From Eubacteriales bacterium (GTDB taxonomy: Bacteria; Bacillota; Clostridia; Oscillospirales; CAG-272): 62,323 nt of DNA. A model generated the notes under the pieces. It saw only the letters and a list, made by a program, of their open reading frames with translations, was not told the DNA's origin and ran no database searches. How positions within the stretch are numbered: the stretch's first letter is position 1; every line of letters begins with the position of its first letter. Location: the NCBI GenBank assembly GCA_045593725.1, contig JAZNXE010000009.1, positions 1 through 62,323 of the forward strand, given 5' to 3'. Below, one piece after another: positions 18,944-27,257 of the stretch. The translations under genes and the position numbers were made by a program.

Positions 18944-19253
18944 TTTTATCCTCCTTGGTTACGAATTTATAAATGGACATAACCTCGCGCCATTCCTCCT
19001 TGAAATCCTCTATGCGCTTTAAGCCCGCTTCTGTAATATGATAGTATTTTCGCAGTCTGCCGCCGTGCTCACAGCTGTGAACTGTCAGCATTTTGGCAAG
19101 CTCAAGGCGCTTAAGTATAGTGTAGAGGGTGGACTCCGACAGCTCTATATACGGCTTCATATCCTTGATTATCTTGTAGCCGTAGGAGTCCTCGGTCTTT
19201 ATGGCAGATAACACGCATACGTCCAAAAGTCCGCGCTTTAATTGAATATCCAT
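18936..19253 (-). CDS. PadR family transcriptional regulator
   Basis: I chose the ATG at 19253. LKRGLLDVCVLSAIKTEDSYGYKII and LYTILKRLE are PadR hallmarks. Confidence 0.85.
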   Translation of the reverse strand: MDIQLKRGLLDVCVLSAIKTEDSYGYKIIKDMKPYIELSESTLYTILKRLELAKMLTVHSCEHGGRLRKYYHITEAGLKRIEDFKEEWREVMSIYKFVTKEDKND

Positions 19254-19344
19254 ACAATACTCCTCCTTGCGTAATACATCATAACACGAAGTATTGTGCT
19301 TGTCAATACATTTTTGAAAATTTTTGGGATTTTTTGAAATATAC

Positions 19345-19374
19345 TTGACAGAGGGAGAATAACTGTGATATAAT
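19345..19374 (+). promoter_or_regulatory. sdpR-operon promoter
   Basis: TTGACA (19345-19350), an 18-nt spacer, then TATAAT (19369-19374), with an extended -10 TG. Confidence 0.6.
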
Positions 19375-19398
19375 ACATTTAACAATTAGGTTAAATGT
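19375..19398. promoter_or_regulatory. candidate ArsR/SdpR operator
   Basis: ACATTTAAC-N6-GTTAAATGT is a perfect 9-bp inverted repeat immediately after the -10 box. Confidence 0.5.
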
Positions 19399-19416
19399 TA
19401 AATAAAGGAGCGAAAA

Positions 19417-19692
19417 ATGGGAATTCAAAACACCATGAAGGCTCTCTCCGACCCCATACGCAGAGAAATACTTAATCTTCTGAAGGAGGGCAGAATGTCC
19501 GCGGGAGATATAGTTGAACGCTTTGAGGTGACGGGGGCGTCAATATCGAGGCATCTTTCGGTGCTTAAGGATGCCGACCTCATAAGGGACAGACGGGAGG
19601 GCAAGTACATTTATTACGAGCTTAACGCCTCGGTCCTTGAGGAAATAATGCTATGGATAGCGGATTTGAAGGGAGATAATGGAAATGATTAA
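19417..19692 (+). CDS. ArsR/SmtB family autorepressor (SdpR-like)
   Basis: ALSDPIRREILNLLKEGRMSAGDIVERFEVTGASISRHLSVLKDADLI. Confidence 0.85.
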   Translation: MGIQNTMKALSDPIRREILNLLKEGRMSAGDIVERFEVTGASISRHLSVLKDADLIRDRREGKYIYYELNASVLEEIMLWIADLKGDNGND

Positions 19693-20785
19693 AAGAAATA
19701 AATTAAAGCTTATAATATCCTCGATAGTTATACTTCTTCCTATTCTTATAGGTATTTTCGGCGGTAGCATACTGCCCGAGGAGCTTGCGGTCCATTGGGG
19801 AATAGACGGAAATCCTGACGGCTGGATGAGCCCCACCGTATTTTTCATATTTCCCGTCATACTTCTGGGTATTCACTGGATATGTATGATAATCACCGCT
19901 GTTGTGGATAAGAACGCGGAGCAAAACGATAAAATAATGAACATGACCTTTTGGATAATACCCGTTATATCTCTGACCTCGGCGGGAGTTATTTTTACCT
20001 CTGCCTTGGGATATGCCTCAAATATGTATGCCATCATTCTTCTTATAATAGGTGTATCCTTTATCATTGTTGGAAACTATATGCCCAAAACCACGAGAAA
20101 CCTCACTATGGGTATAAAAATAAAGTGGGCAATGTCCAATGACGAAAACTGGAACGCTACCCACCGCTTCGGCGGAAAGGTAATGGTAGCGGTAGGCTTT
20201 TTGTGCTTCCTTATGATGCCTTTGCCCTCTGCGGCTTTCCCCTTTGTGGTTCTGCCTTTAATATTGGTGGTCGCAATTGCCCCCACATTATACTCATACA
20301 GATTTTACAAAAAGCAGCTACGAGAGGGAAAGGTAACCCGTGAGGAGTATGAAAGAGGATACGAAAAGCTTGTAGGTAATAAAAAGATTGCCCTTATAGT
20401 TACGTTGAGCATAACGGCTGTTCTGGTAATCGTATTGTCGATTATAATGTTTACGGGAAGTATAGAAACCACCCTCGGTGAGGATGCGATTACGGTCAAG
20501 GCTACCTATTGGAGCGACCTTGCCGTAAAATACGAGGATATTGACTCGGCGGAGTACCGCGCTGAAGGCGTTGAGGGAAGGAGAGTCAGCGGCTTTGGCT
20601 CGGCAAAATTGCTTCTGGGTATTTTTGAAAATGAAGAATTTGGCACATATACAAGATACACCTATACAGGAGATAAGCCTTGCGTCGTGTTGAAAATCAA
20701 TGAAAGAGCGGTGGTCATAGGTGCGGAGAACGAGCAGACCGTGAGGGACATCTACAATAGGATATCTGCCGAGATAGCCGAATGA
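19679..20785 (+). CDS. SdpI/YhfL-type membrane protein (DUF1648 + SdpI) with C-terminal bacterial-PH-like domain
   Basis: WGIDGNPDGW is the DUF1648 signature and NYMPKTTRN..GIKIKW is the SdpI signature. There are multiple TM helices and a soluble domain of about 100 aa after the last TM. It overlaps sdpR by 14 nt. Confidence 0.75.
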   Translation: MEMIKRNKLKLIISSIVILLPILIGIFGGSILPEELAVHWGIDGNPDGWMSPTVFFIFPVILLGIHWICMIITAVVDKNAEQNDKIMNMTFWIIPVISLTSAGVIFTSALGYASNMYAIILLIIGVSFIIVGNYMPKTTRNLTMGIKIKWAMSNDENWNATHRFGGKVMVAVGFLCFLMMPLPSAAFPFVVLPLILVVAIAPTLYSYRFYKKQLREGKVTREEYERGYEKLVGNKKIALIVTLSITAVLVIVLSIIMFTGSIETTLGEDAITVKATYWSDLAVKYEDIDSAEYRAEGVEGRRVSGFGSAKLLLGIFENEEFGTYTRYTYTGDKPCVVLKINERAVVIGAENEQTVRDIYNRISAEIAE

Positions 20786-20794
20786 GAGGTAGTT

Positions 20795-21670
20795 ATGAAC
20801 GTGATTAAAACTGAGTCTTTAACAAAATTCTATGGCAACGCACGGGGAATCGTTGACGTTACTCTCTCGGTGAGAGAGGGCGATATATTCGGGTTTATAG
20901 GTCCTAACGGAGCGGGGAAGAGTACGCTTATCCGCACACTGCTTGGGCTTATCTCTCCAAGCGAGGGCAGCGCGCGGGTGCTTGGAAAGGATATAAAAAG
21001 CGAAAGAAGCGAAATTCTGAGGAACGTAGGATATCTGCCCTCGGAAGCAGCGTTTTATAGCGGAATGAGGGTGGGAGATATACTGGCGCTTTCAGCAAAG
21101 CTTAGAAAGATAGATTGCAAAAAGGAATCCGAGCGTCTGTGCGAAAGACTGGAGCTTGACAGGACTAAGAAGATAGAGCAGCTATCCCTTGGCAACCGCA
21201 AAAAGGTGGGTATCGTCTGCGCTCTTCAGCACAAGCCCGCTCTTTATATACTTGATGAGCCGACCGGCGGACTTGACCCTCTTATGCAAAAGGAGTTCTA
21301 TGCTATACTTAAGGAGCGCAACGAGGAGGGGGCTACGGTGTTTCTTTCCTCTCACGTGCTCTCTGAGATAGGACGCTACTGCAAGAGCGCGGCGGTCATC
21401 CGCGAGGGACGTATCCTTGTTAGTGACAGCGTAGAGCGCCTTGGACATACGGGAGTCAAGCGCGTGACCCTCAGAGGCGTGAGAGCTATTCCCGAAATAA
21501 ATAACGCAAGGGATATAAAAATGGAAAACGACACCGTGAATTTTCTGTACAGCGGAAGGGCAACCGAGCTGACACGGGAGCTGAGCGGTCTTAGCTTTGA
21601 GGACCTTACCGTATGCGACCCCGACCTTGACGAGATATTTATGCACTACTACGCAAAGGAGGAGGCTTGA
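20795..21670 (+). CDS. ABC transporter ATP-binding protein
   Basis: Walker A GPNGAGKST, signature LSLGNRKK and Walker B ILDEPTGGLD. Confidence 0.9.
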   Translation: MNVIKTESLTKFYGNARGIVDVTLSVREGDIFGFIGPNGAGKSTLIRTLLGLISPSEGSARVLGKDIKSERSEILRNVGYLPSEAAFYSGMRVGDILALSAKLRKIDCKKESERLCERLELDRTKKIEQLSLGNRKKVGIVCALQHKPALYILDEPTGGLDPLMQKEFYAILKERNEEGATVFLSSHVLSEIGRYCKSAAVIREGRILVSDSVERLGHTGVKRVTLRGVRAIPEINNARDIKMENDTVNFLYSGRATELTRELSGLSFEDLTVCDPDLDEIFMHYYAKEEA

Positions 21671-21671
21671 T

Positions 21672-22457
21672 ATGACGGTTTTTCTTCACGAGCTTCGCAG
21701 AAATAAAATTGCTCTTATAATATGGAGCTGCGCTATCGCCTTTATGCTGGGAGTATGCGTAATAATATATCCCGAGATGTCGTCCCAGATGGGAGATATA
21801 AGCGAGATGTTCTCGGATATGGGTGCGTTTTCCGACGCCTTTGGTATGGATAAGCTTAACTTCGGTGAGTTTATGGGCTATTTCGGAGTTGAGTGCGGAA
21901 ACGTGCTCGGACTTGGAGGCGCACTCTTCGCGGCTATCGTGGGAGCTTCGGCTCTTGCCAAGGAGGAAAAAGAGCGCACCGCGGAATTTCTGCTGACGCA
22001 TCCTATATCGCGCACTAGGATAATAAGCGAAAAGCTTTTTGCCGCCCTCGCGCAGGTTTGTTTGCTTAACATATTTGTAGTTGCCGTTACCTGTGTATGT
22101 ATGCTTATAGTTCAGGTAGAGGCGGACGCGGCTGCTATGGCTCTGATTTTTCTTGCCTACCTTATATTACAGCTTGAGATAACCGCCGTTACCTTTGGTC
22201 TGTCGGCGTTCTTACGCAGGGGAGAGCTTGGCGTGGGACTTGGTCTTGTGTTTGCTATGTATTTTTTCAATATACTTGCGAATCTTACCGAGGATTTGAA
22301 ATTCCTCAAATTTATCACACCCTTTGGATATGCCGACGGGGCGCATATAATCCCCGAAAAATCCATAGAAATGAAGTATCTTGCCATAGGCTTGGCAATA
22401 TCCGCTGTGGGTATCGCCGCGGCGTACTGGAAATACAGGAAAAAGGATATAGCTTGA
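21672..22457 (+). CDS. ABC-2 type permease
   Basis: The ATG at 21672 lies 1 nt after the ATPase stop, with an AAGGAGGAGG RBS. There are about six TM helices. Confidence 0.8.
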   Translation: MTVFLHELRRNKIALIIWSCAIAFMLGVCVIIYPEMSSQMGDISEMFSDMGAFSDAFGMDKLNFGEFMGYFGVECGNVLGLGGALFAAIVGASALAKEEKERTAEFLLTHPISRTRIISEKLFAALAQVCLLNIFVVAVTCVCMLIVQVEADAAAMALIFLAYLILQLEITAVTFGLSAFLRRGELGVGLGLVFAMYFFNILANLTEDLKFLKFITPFGYADGAHIIPEKSIEMKYLAIGLAISAVGIAAAYWKYRKKDIA

Positions 22458-22524
22458 CGCTGTTAAAATGATTTACATAATTTTGTGTAAATTCTAATGA
22501 AAGGGAAAAGCAGCCCATTTTCTT

Positions 22525-22556
22525 TTGGTCGGCGGTCTGTAGGATTTGAAAGGCTC
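22525..22556. repeat. degenerate copy of the tRNA-fMet 3' end plus junction (att-like remnant)
   Basis: TTGGTCGGCGGTCTGTAGGATTTGAAAGGCTC compares with TTGGTTGCGGGGGTGGGATTTGAAAGGCCC at 27234-27263. The upstream flank (aaaagcag...ttttctttt) resembles the flank of the true tRNA at 27425-27460. Confidence 0.5.
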
Positions 22557-22846
22557 TTGTTTGTAGGGACAGGCGTCTTCGACTGTCCGTGAAGCACAGA
22601 CCTCATTTCCGCAACCAAACGAAAAAACCACCCGATTGGGTGGTTTTTTATCGTTATCGCGACTGTGCCAATATTCATCATTGTTGGGATTGCATTGATT
22701 GGCATGGTTGTCGTTGTTGGCTTGGTATGCAGAATTGTTCGGGTTGTTTTGGTTATGTTGGTTAATAAGATCGATAGCCTTAGCTCCAAGTGAAGCTCAT
22801 ACTAAATCGCAATTTGTGTCCGCACACGGATAAGTCCTCTTTTTCC

Positions 22847-22875
22847 TTGACAAAGCCGTAAAAGAGTGATATAAT
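22847..22875 (+). promoter_or_regulatory. promoter of the LRR lipoprotein gene
   Basis: TTGACA, a 17-nt spacer, then TATAAT with an upstream TG. Confidence 0.6.
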
Positions 22876-22906
22876 AATCTCAACATATAAAAAAGGAGAC
22901 ATCACC

Positions 22907-24145
22907 ATGAAAAAGCTTCTTATTTCACTTCTGGCGCTTCTGCTTTGCCTCCCTTGCTTCGCCGCTTGCTTAAGCGATAATTCCGCCCCCTCGGACTTGA
23001 TGTTCACCATATCCGATGACGGTACATACGCCGAGGTAACCACCTGCAACGGCCAAGCCAAGGAGGTCGTGATACCCGACACATACGAGGGCCTCCCCGT
23101 CACAAGCATCGGTGAGAAAGCGTTCTACAGTTGCTCATTCCTTACAAGTGTGACTATCCCCGACAGCGTAACGAGCATCGGCAATAATGCGTTTGAGGCT
23201 TGCAACAGCCTTACGAGCATTACTATCCCCGACAGCGTAACGAGCATCGGTCAATATGCGTTCTTTAGTTCCGACCTTACGAGCGTGACTATCCCCGAGG
23301 GCATCGAGAGCATCAGCGAGGGTGCGTTCAAGAGTTGCGACCGCCTTACGAGCATTGCTATCCCCGACAGCGTAACGAGCATCGGTAAGGCTGCGTTCTC
23401 TAATTGCGAAAACCTTAAGAGCGTGACTATCCCAAACAAAGTAACGAGCATCGGTGAGCAAGCATTCGAATGGTGCACAAGCCTTACGAGCGTGATTATC
23501 ACCGACAGTGTAACGAGCATCGGTAAGGCTGCGTTCGCTAATTGCGAAAACCTTAAGAGCGTGACTATCGCCGACGGTGTAACGAGCATCGGCAATAATG
23601 CGTTTGAGGCTTGCAACAGCCTTACGAGCGTAACGATAGGCAACGGCGTTACAAATATAGGAGATAGAGCGTTCAATAACTGTTACAAATTAGTAGAGGT
23701 AATAAACAATTCTTCATTGAATATCGAAGTAGGCAGTGATACTTACGGAGGCATTGCGTATTACGCAAAAGAGGTACACGACGGAGAAAGTAAGATCGTA
23801 ACCAAGGACGATTTCCTTTTCTACACGTACGACGAGGTTAACTATTTGCTTAGTTACGTTGGGAACGCTACCGAAATCACCTTACCGGAAAATTATAATG
23901 GACAGAGCTATGAAATTTATAAATATGCTTTTTATGATCGCTGCTATGACCTTACGAGCGTAACTATACCCGTCAGCGTAACGAGCATCGGTGATAAAGC
24001 GTTCTTCTGTTGGGGCGGTATCCTTAAGAACATAAACTACGGCGGCACAATGTCGCAGTGGAATGCGATAAGCAAGGGCTCGGAGTGGAACTTCAACACC
24101 ATCGATCGCACCATCACTTGCACCGACGGAACTCTTTCAAAATAA
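22907..24145 (+). CDS. BspA-type leucine-rich-repeat lipoprotein
   Basis: The signal peptide has the lipobox LPCFAAC. There are at least eight 23-aa LRR_5 units of the form SVTIPDSVTSIGxxAFxxCxxLT. Confidence 0.85.
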   Translation: MKKLLISLLALLLCLPCFAACLSDNSAPSDLMFTISDDGTYAEVTTCNGQAKEVVIPDTYEGLPVTSIGEKAFYSCSFLTSVTIPDSVTSIGNNAFEACNSLTSITIPDSVTSIGQYAFFSSDLTSVTIPEGIESISEGAFKSCDRLTSIAIPDSVTSIGKAAFSNCENLKSVTIPNKVTSIGEQAFEWCTSLTSVIITDSVTSIGKAAFANCENLKSVTIADGVTSIGNNAFEACNSLTSVTIGNGVTNIGDRAFNNCYKLVEVINNSSLNIEVGSDTYGGIAYYAKEVHDGESKIVTKDDFLFYTYDEVNYLLSYVGNATEITLPENYNGQSYEIYKYAFYDRCYDLTSVTIPVSVTSIGDKAFFCWGGILKNINYGGTMSQWNAISKGSEWNFNTIDRTITCTDGTLSK

Positions 24146-24339
24146 GATTATTGACGATCAGCACTAAGCGTACCTCGCAGCGATAACCCGAAAGTCGTCA
24201 ATCACAGACCTCGTTTCCGCAACCAAAGCGAAAGACACCCGAATGGGTGTCTTTCGCTTTGTGTTATTTTAAAAAAATAGATGCCTCTATATTATGTCTT
24301 CTTGTCGTTCGTGTTTCTCACCGACAATTTCGAATTTGA

Positions 24340-24720
24340 TTATTTTATATTTTTTAGGTACGCCTCTATCTGTTTTATGACATTTATAAATTCCGTATCG
24401 CTCTTTCCTGTGGGATCGGGCAAGCCCCAATCACCATCGAAGGATCTGCCGATAAAGGGGCATCCAACGTCGCATCCCATTGAGATCGCAATGTCGGGCT
24501 GTGGTATCTTGTCAATGGTTTTGCTGTACTGTGTCAGCTCCATGTCGATGCCGTAAAGCTCCTTTATCAGCCGTACCGCATCCTGATTGATCTGCGGTTT
24601 GGTTTCCGTACCTGCCGAGTAAAAATCGAACTCTCCACCGCGCAGATGCTTTCCGAGAGCTTCCGCAATCTGACTGCGGCAAGAGTTATGAACACAGATA
24701 AACGCTATCTTCTTTTTCAT
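24340..24720 (-). CDS. arsC: arsenate reductase / LMW protein-tyrosine-phosphatase family (thioredoxin-coupled ArsC type)
   Basis: The CX5R P-loop is FICVHNSCRSQIAEA, and there is a downstream Cys pair GCDVGCP. The ATG at 24720 overlaps the upstream stop (ATGA). Confidence 0.75.
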   Translation of the reverse strand: MKKKIAFICVHNSCRSQIAEALGKHLRGGEFDFYSAGTETKPQINQDAVRLIKELYGIDMELTQYSKTIDKIPQPDIAISMGCDVGCPFIGRSFDGDWGLPDPTGKSDTEFINVIKQIEAYLKNIK

Positions 24721-25397
24721 TTGAACGGACACCTCGCACTAATACATTGATTATTTTGTGCCGAGTGTACGCACTTGACCTCGTCAAGCTCCATCTCAAC
24801 TCCAAGGTGTTCTCTGACGAACTCAACGGCTTTAACAATAGCAAGATAGGAATCACGCTTACAGCAACGGGGGCCGCCGACCTCACCGATTGCACCAAGG
24901 GCAGAGGAGGTCATCTTGTTTGACAAGCCCCACGCCTCATTTGCAAGCGGAGTTGAACCTGTTACAATAGATACAAACATCCCTGCGCTTATGCCTGCAC
25001 CGCAAGCTCCCCAAAATCCACACGCACCGCCGGGAACTTTCTTTCCTCTTGCCTGTATCTCGGAGAGTGCTTTGGCAAGGTCAATATCACCGCCTGCGTT
25101 CTTATATGCCACGAGAAGTGCTGAGCCAACCATTACGTGATGCTCGGGGCCGTGCATATGGCAGAACGGCAAGACAAACATCTTTTGAATAATCTCGATA
25201 GGATTCTTAGAGGTTTCGGCAAGGCAAATGCCCATAATACTATCCATGCCCTGTGTGTGGCACTTGTTGCATATGTAGTGACCGTTCTCACAAGCGGTCT
25301 TGCTGTTTTCTTTTCTGTGGCAGATGGCACATTCCATTTGTTTCTCTGTTTCTAAATATTTCAGCGGCGCGGCGCAAATAAGGCATTCGTCTTTCAT
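24717..25397 (-). CDS. Cys-rich protein: N-terminal zinc-ribbon-like CxxC pairs plus a GACGFWGACGAG / CC redox-type domain
   Basis: The ATG at 25397 has GAGG 7 nt upstream. Motifs include CLIC..CAIC..CENGHYICNKCH, then FCHMHGPEHH, GGACGFWGACGAG, PRCCK and CISARC. I cannot assign a family without a search. Confidence 0.65.
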   Translation of the reverse strand: MKDECLICAAPLKYLETEKQMECAICHRKENSKTACENGHYICNKCHTQGMDSIMGICLAETSKNPIEIIQKMFVLPFCHMHGPEHHVMVGSALLVAYKNAGGDIDLAKALSEIQARGKKVPGGACGFWGACGAGISAGMFVSIVTGSTPLANEAWGLSNKMTSSALGAIGEVGGPRCCKRDSYLAIVKAVEFVREHLGVEMELDEVKCVHSAQNNQCISARCPFK

Positions 25398-25617
25398 AAT
25401 TAACCTCAACAAATTCTTATTTTTGGGTATCTGAAGTAATTATAACATAAAAATATGACTATTTCTACAACAAATAGATTTTTATTCAATATTTCGCTGT
25501 ATATTGATATTTCAAAAAAGAAGAATATTATGCAGAATATTGAGCATGAAAACTCCGCTTCAATTTGAAAGACGCACTCGAATTGTAGGGACAGGCGTTC
25601 TCTGTCAAGAGCAAGAT

Positions 25618-26970
25618 TGTAAACAGTTGTGCAAGAGGATTGTATACACATTTTATGTTTAATCTTTATGCTTTTGGAAGCCGAACGGAGCGTAGCGGAG
25701 GGAGACTTCCAAAAGCGGCGTGCGGCTCAATCAAGGCGCGAAATGCGGCGATTGAGTAGTTGTTCCGTTCGCAGATCAATTTCCGCGATCTTGTAGTTGC
25801 GGTAGCAAAGCGAGGCGAACTCCGCTCCCTCTAATCGCAACCCTAATTCTGCTCCTATCATAGATTCACTCAAGTAAAACACCTTACTGTCGAACCTTAG
25901 ATATCCCTTGAAATTGACCTTTAAAATGCGATGCAACCCGCTGTATTCGTATCGTTGTATTTTATCAGGATATTTCCTCTCGCTCGGTATGTAAACATCC
26001 GCAGGACAACGCATATCGATCGCCTCGTGAGGTCTGACCTCATTGTACTTGGTACGCCATTCCTTAAGGCGCTTATCCGCATCGGCAAGGTCAAGAAAAG
26101 TATTTCTTTTAAGAAGCTCATTCTTCATCGTACGATGAAACCGTTCTATCTTTCCTTGTGTCTGTGGGTGCAGAGGACGACCATGGATCGGAAGTACATT
26201 CAGATCCATAAGCCAACGTTCAAAGAGCGTATAACCGCCCTTAAAACCTGCAAATGCGCCGCCATTGTCGGATAAAATAGCCTTTGGAAGCCCGTATTTC
26301 TTAAAAACAGCCTCAAATGAAGGAATTATTCCCCCCGCCTTTCCCTTGGCATCTATGCACAGACAAAAGCGAGAGCAGTCATCTATTATGTCAAGAGGAA
26401 AGCAACGTGTGCCGTTAAGCAAAAGAAAATCTCCTTTGAAATCGGTTTGCCAAAGCTCGTTGCAATGTTCTCTTTGAAAGCGAAGGAACTCTTTACGCTT
26501 TTGAGATTCTGTTTCACTGATACAACCGTTTCTTTGCAGAATATTGTTTGCCGTTCGTATGCATGGCAAGTCGGTGTATCCGTTGTTCTCAAGTACTTTT
26601 AAGATTGTCTTCGCACCCCATTCGGGGTTGTCTGCACGGACACGGAGGATGGCTTCTTCGATCTCAGCAGGAGTCCTGCTGGGAATGTGCAACGGTGCGT
26701 GACTTCGATCTGACATTGAGCAAGATTGATTGTTACGTTCTACCCACTTGTAACCTGTTTTTCGGCTTATGCCGAACTCACGGCAAAGCGAGCTGAAGTT
26801 TTTTGAGGTCTTTGCTGCCTCTACAAATTCTTTTCTTAATTCTTCCACAGTTTTGTCCTTCCAAGGCATTTGAACAACCTCCTTTTAGGTCATTTTCTTG
26901 CCTTTATTATATCACAAAACTGTATACAATCATCTTGCACTACTTGTATACTATCATACTACACTGTACA
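25618..26970. mobile_element. IS481-family insertion sequence
   Basis: The left inverted repeat is TGTAAACAGTTGTGCAAGAGGATTGTATACA (25618-25648). The right one is TGTATACAATCATCTTGCACTACTTGTATAC (26921-26951). A further TGTACA-ended stretch runs to 26970. The element holds a single rve/DDE transposase gene. The exact right end is uncertain. Confidence 0.7.
25727..26869 (-). CDS. IS481-family transposase (HTH + integrase-core/DDE)
   Basis: The N-terminal HTH is FSSLCREFGISRKTGYKWVER. The rve core has WQTDFKG, LSDNGGAF, HPQTQGKIERFH and the E of DDE. Confidence 0.85.
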   Translation of the reverse strand: MPWKDKTVEELRKEFVEAAKTSKNFSSLCREFGISRKTGYKWVERNNQSCSMSDRSHAPLHIPSRTPAEIEEAILRVRADNPEWGAKTILKVLENNGYTDLPCIRTANNILQRNGCISETESQKRKEFLRFQREHCNELWQTDFKGDFLLLNGTRCFPLDIIDDCSRFCLCIDAKGKAGGIIPSFEAVFKKYGLPKAILSDNGGAFAGFKGGYTLFERWLMDLNVLPIHGRPLHPQTQGKIERFHRTMKNELLKRNTFLDLADADKRLKEWRTKYNEVRPHEAIDMRCPADVYIPSERKYPDKIQRYEYSGLHRILKVNFKGYLRFDSKVFYLSESMIGAELGLRLEGAEFASLCYRNYKIAEIDLRTEQLLNRRISRLD

Positions 26971-27234
26971 GTCCTCGACTGTCCGTGAAGCTCACGACCT
27001 TCCGCGGCAGCCGCATAGTCGCGCTGTGTCGCTCGGTACACTCGCTTCTTGCGCTCCTTGCTTTGTGCCGTCAACCGTTGCGAAAACAATACTTAATTGT
27101 TTTCGCTTAGGCTGCAAGTTATTCGCCCGACATTCCGCCAAGGCGGAGGTCGGACTCACACAGGAGGTCGTGAAGCACAGACCTCATTTCTGCAATCAAA
27201 CGAAAAAACCACCCGACTGGGTGGTTTTTTCGTT

Positions 27235-27257
27235 TGGTTGCGGGGGTGGGATTTGAA
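27235..27257. repeat. 23-nt exact duplicate of the tRNA-fMet 3' end (att-like)
   Basis: TGGTTGCGGGGGTGGGATTTGAA is identical to 27461-27483, then diverges (AGGCCC versus CCTCAC). Confidence 0.8.

Noticed and set aside
22463-23109. Minus-strand ORFs of 108 and 109 aa between the ABC-2 permease and the LRR gene
   Set aside because: They span terminator hairpins, the att-like remnant and the LRR promoter. They have non-ATG starts and Thr- or Asn-rich low complexity. I treat the region as non-coding or fossil.
23130-23640. Regular ~69-nt repeats considered as a possible CRISPR or tandem non-coding array
   Set aside because: The repeats are in frame and encode 23-aa LRR units of a lipoprotein. 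There is no repeat-spacer organisation and there are no cas genes.
25672-25700. CGGAGCGTAGCGGAGGGA inside the IS, resembling the DUF559 5'-arm linker CGGAGCGTGACGGAGGGA
   Set aside because: It is a short match in a GC-rich hairpin context (CTTTTGGAAG...CTTCCAAAAG). It lacks the rest of the four-hairpin architecture and may be coincidental.
27235-27257. Possible additional tRNA gene
   Set aside because: Only the 3'-terminal 23 nt are present. There is no D arm, anticodon arm or 5' acceptor half.
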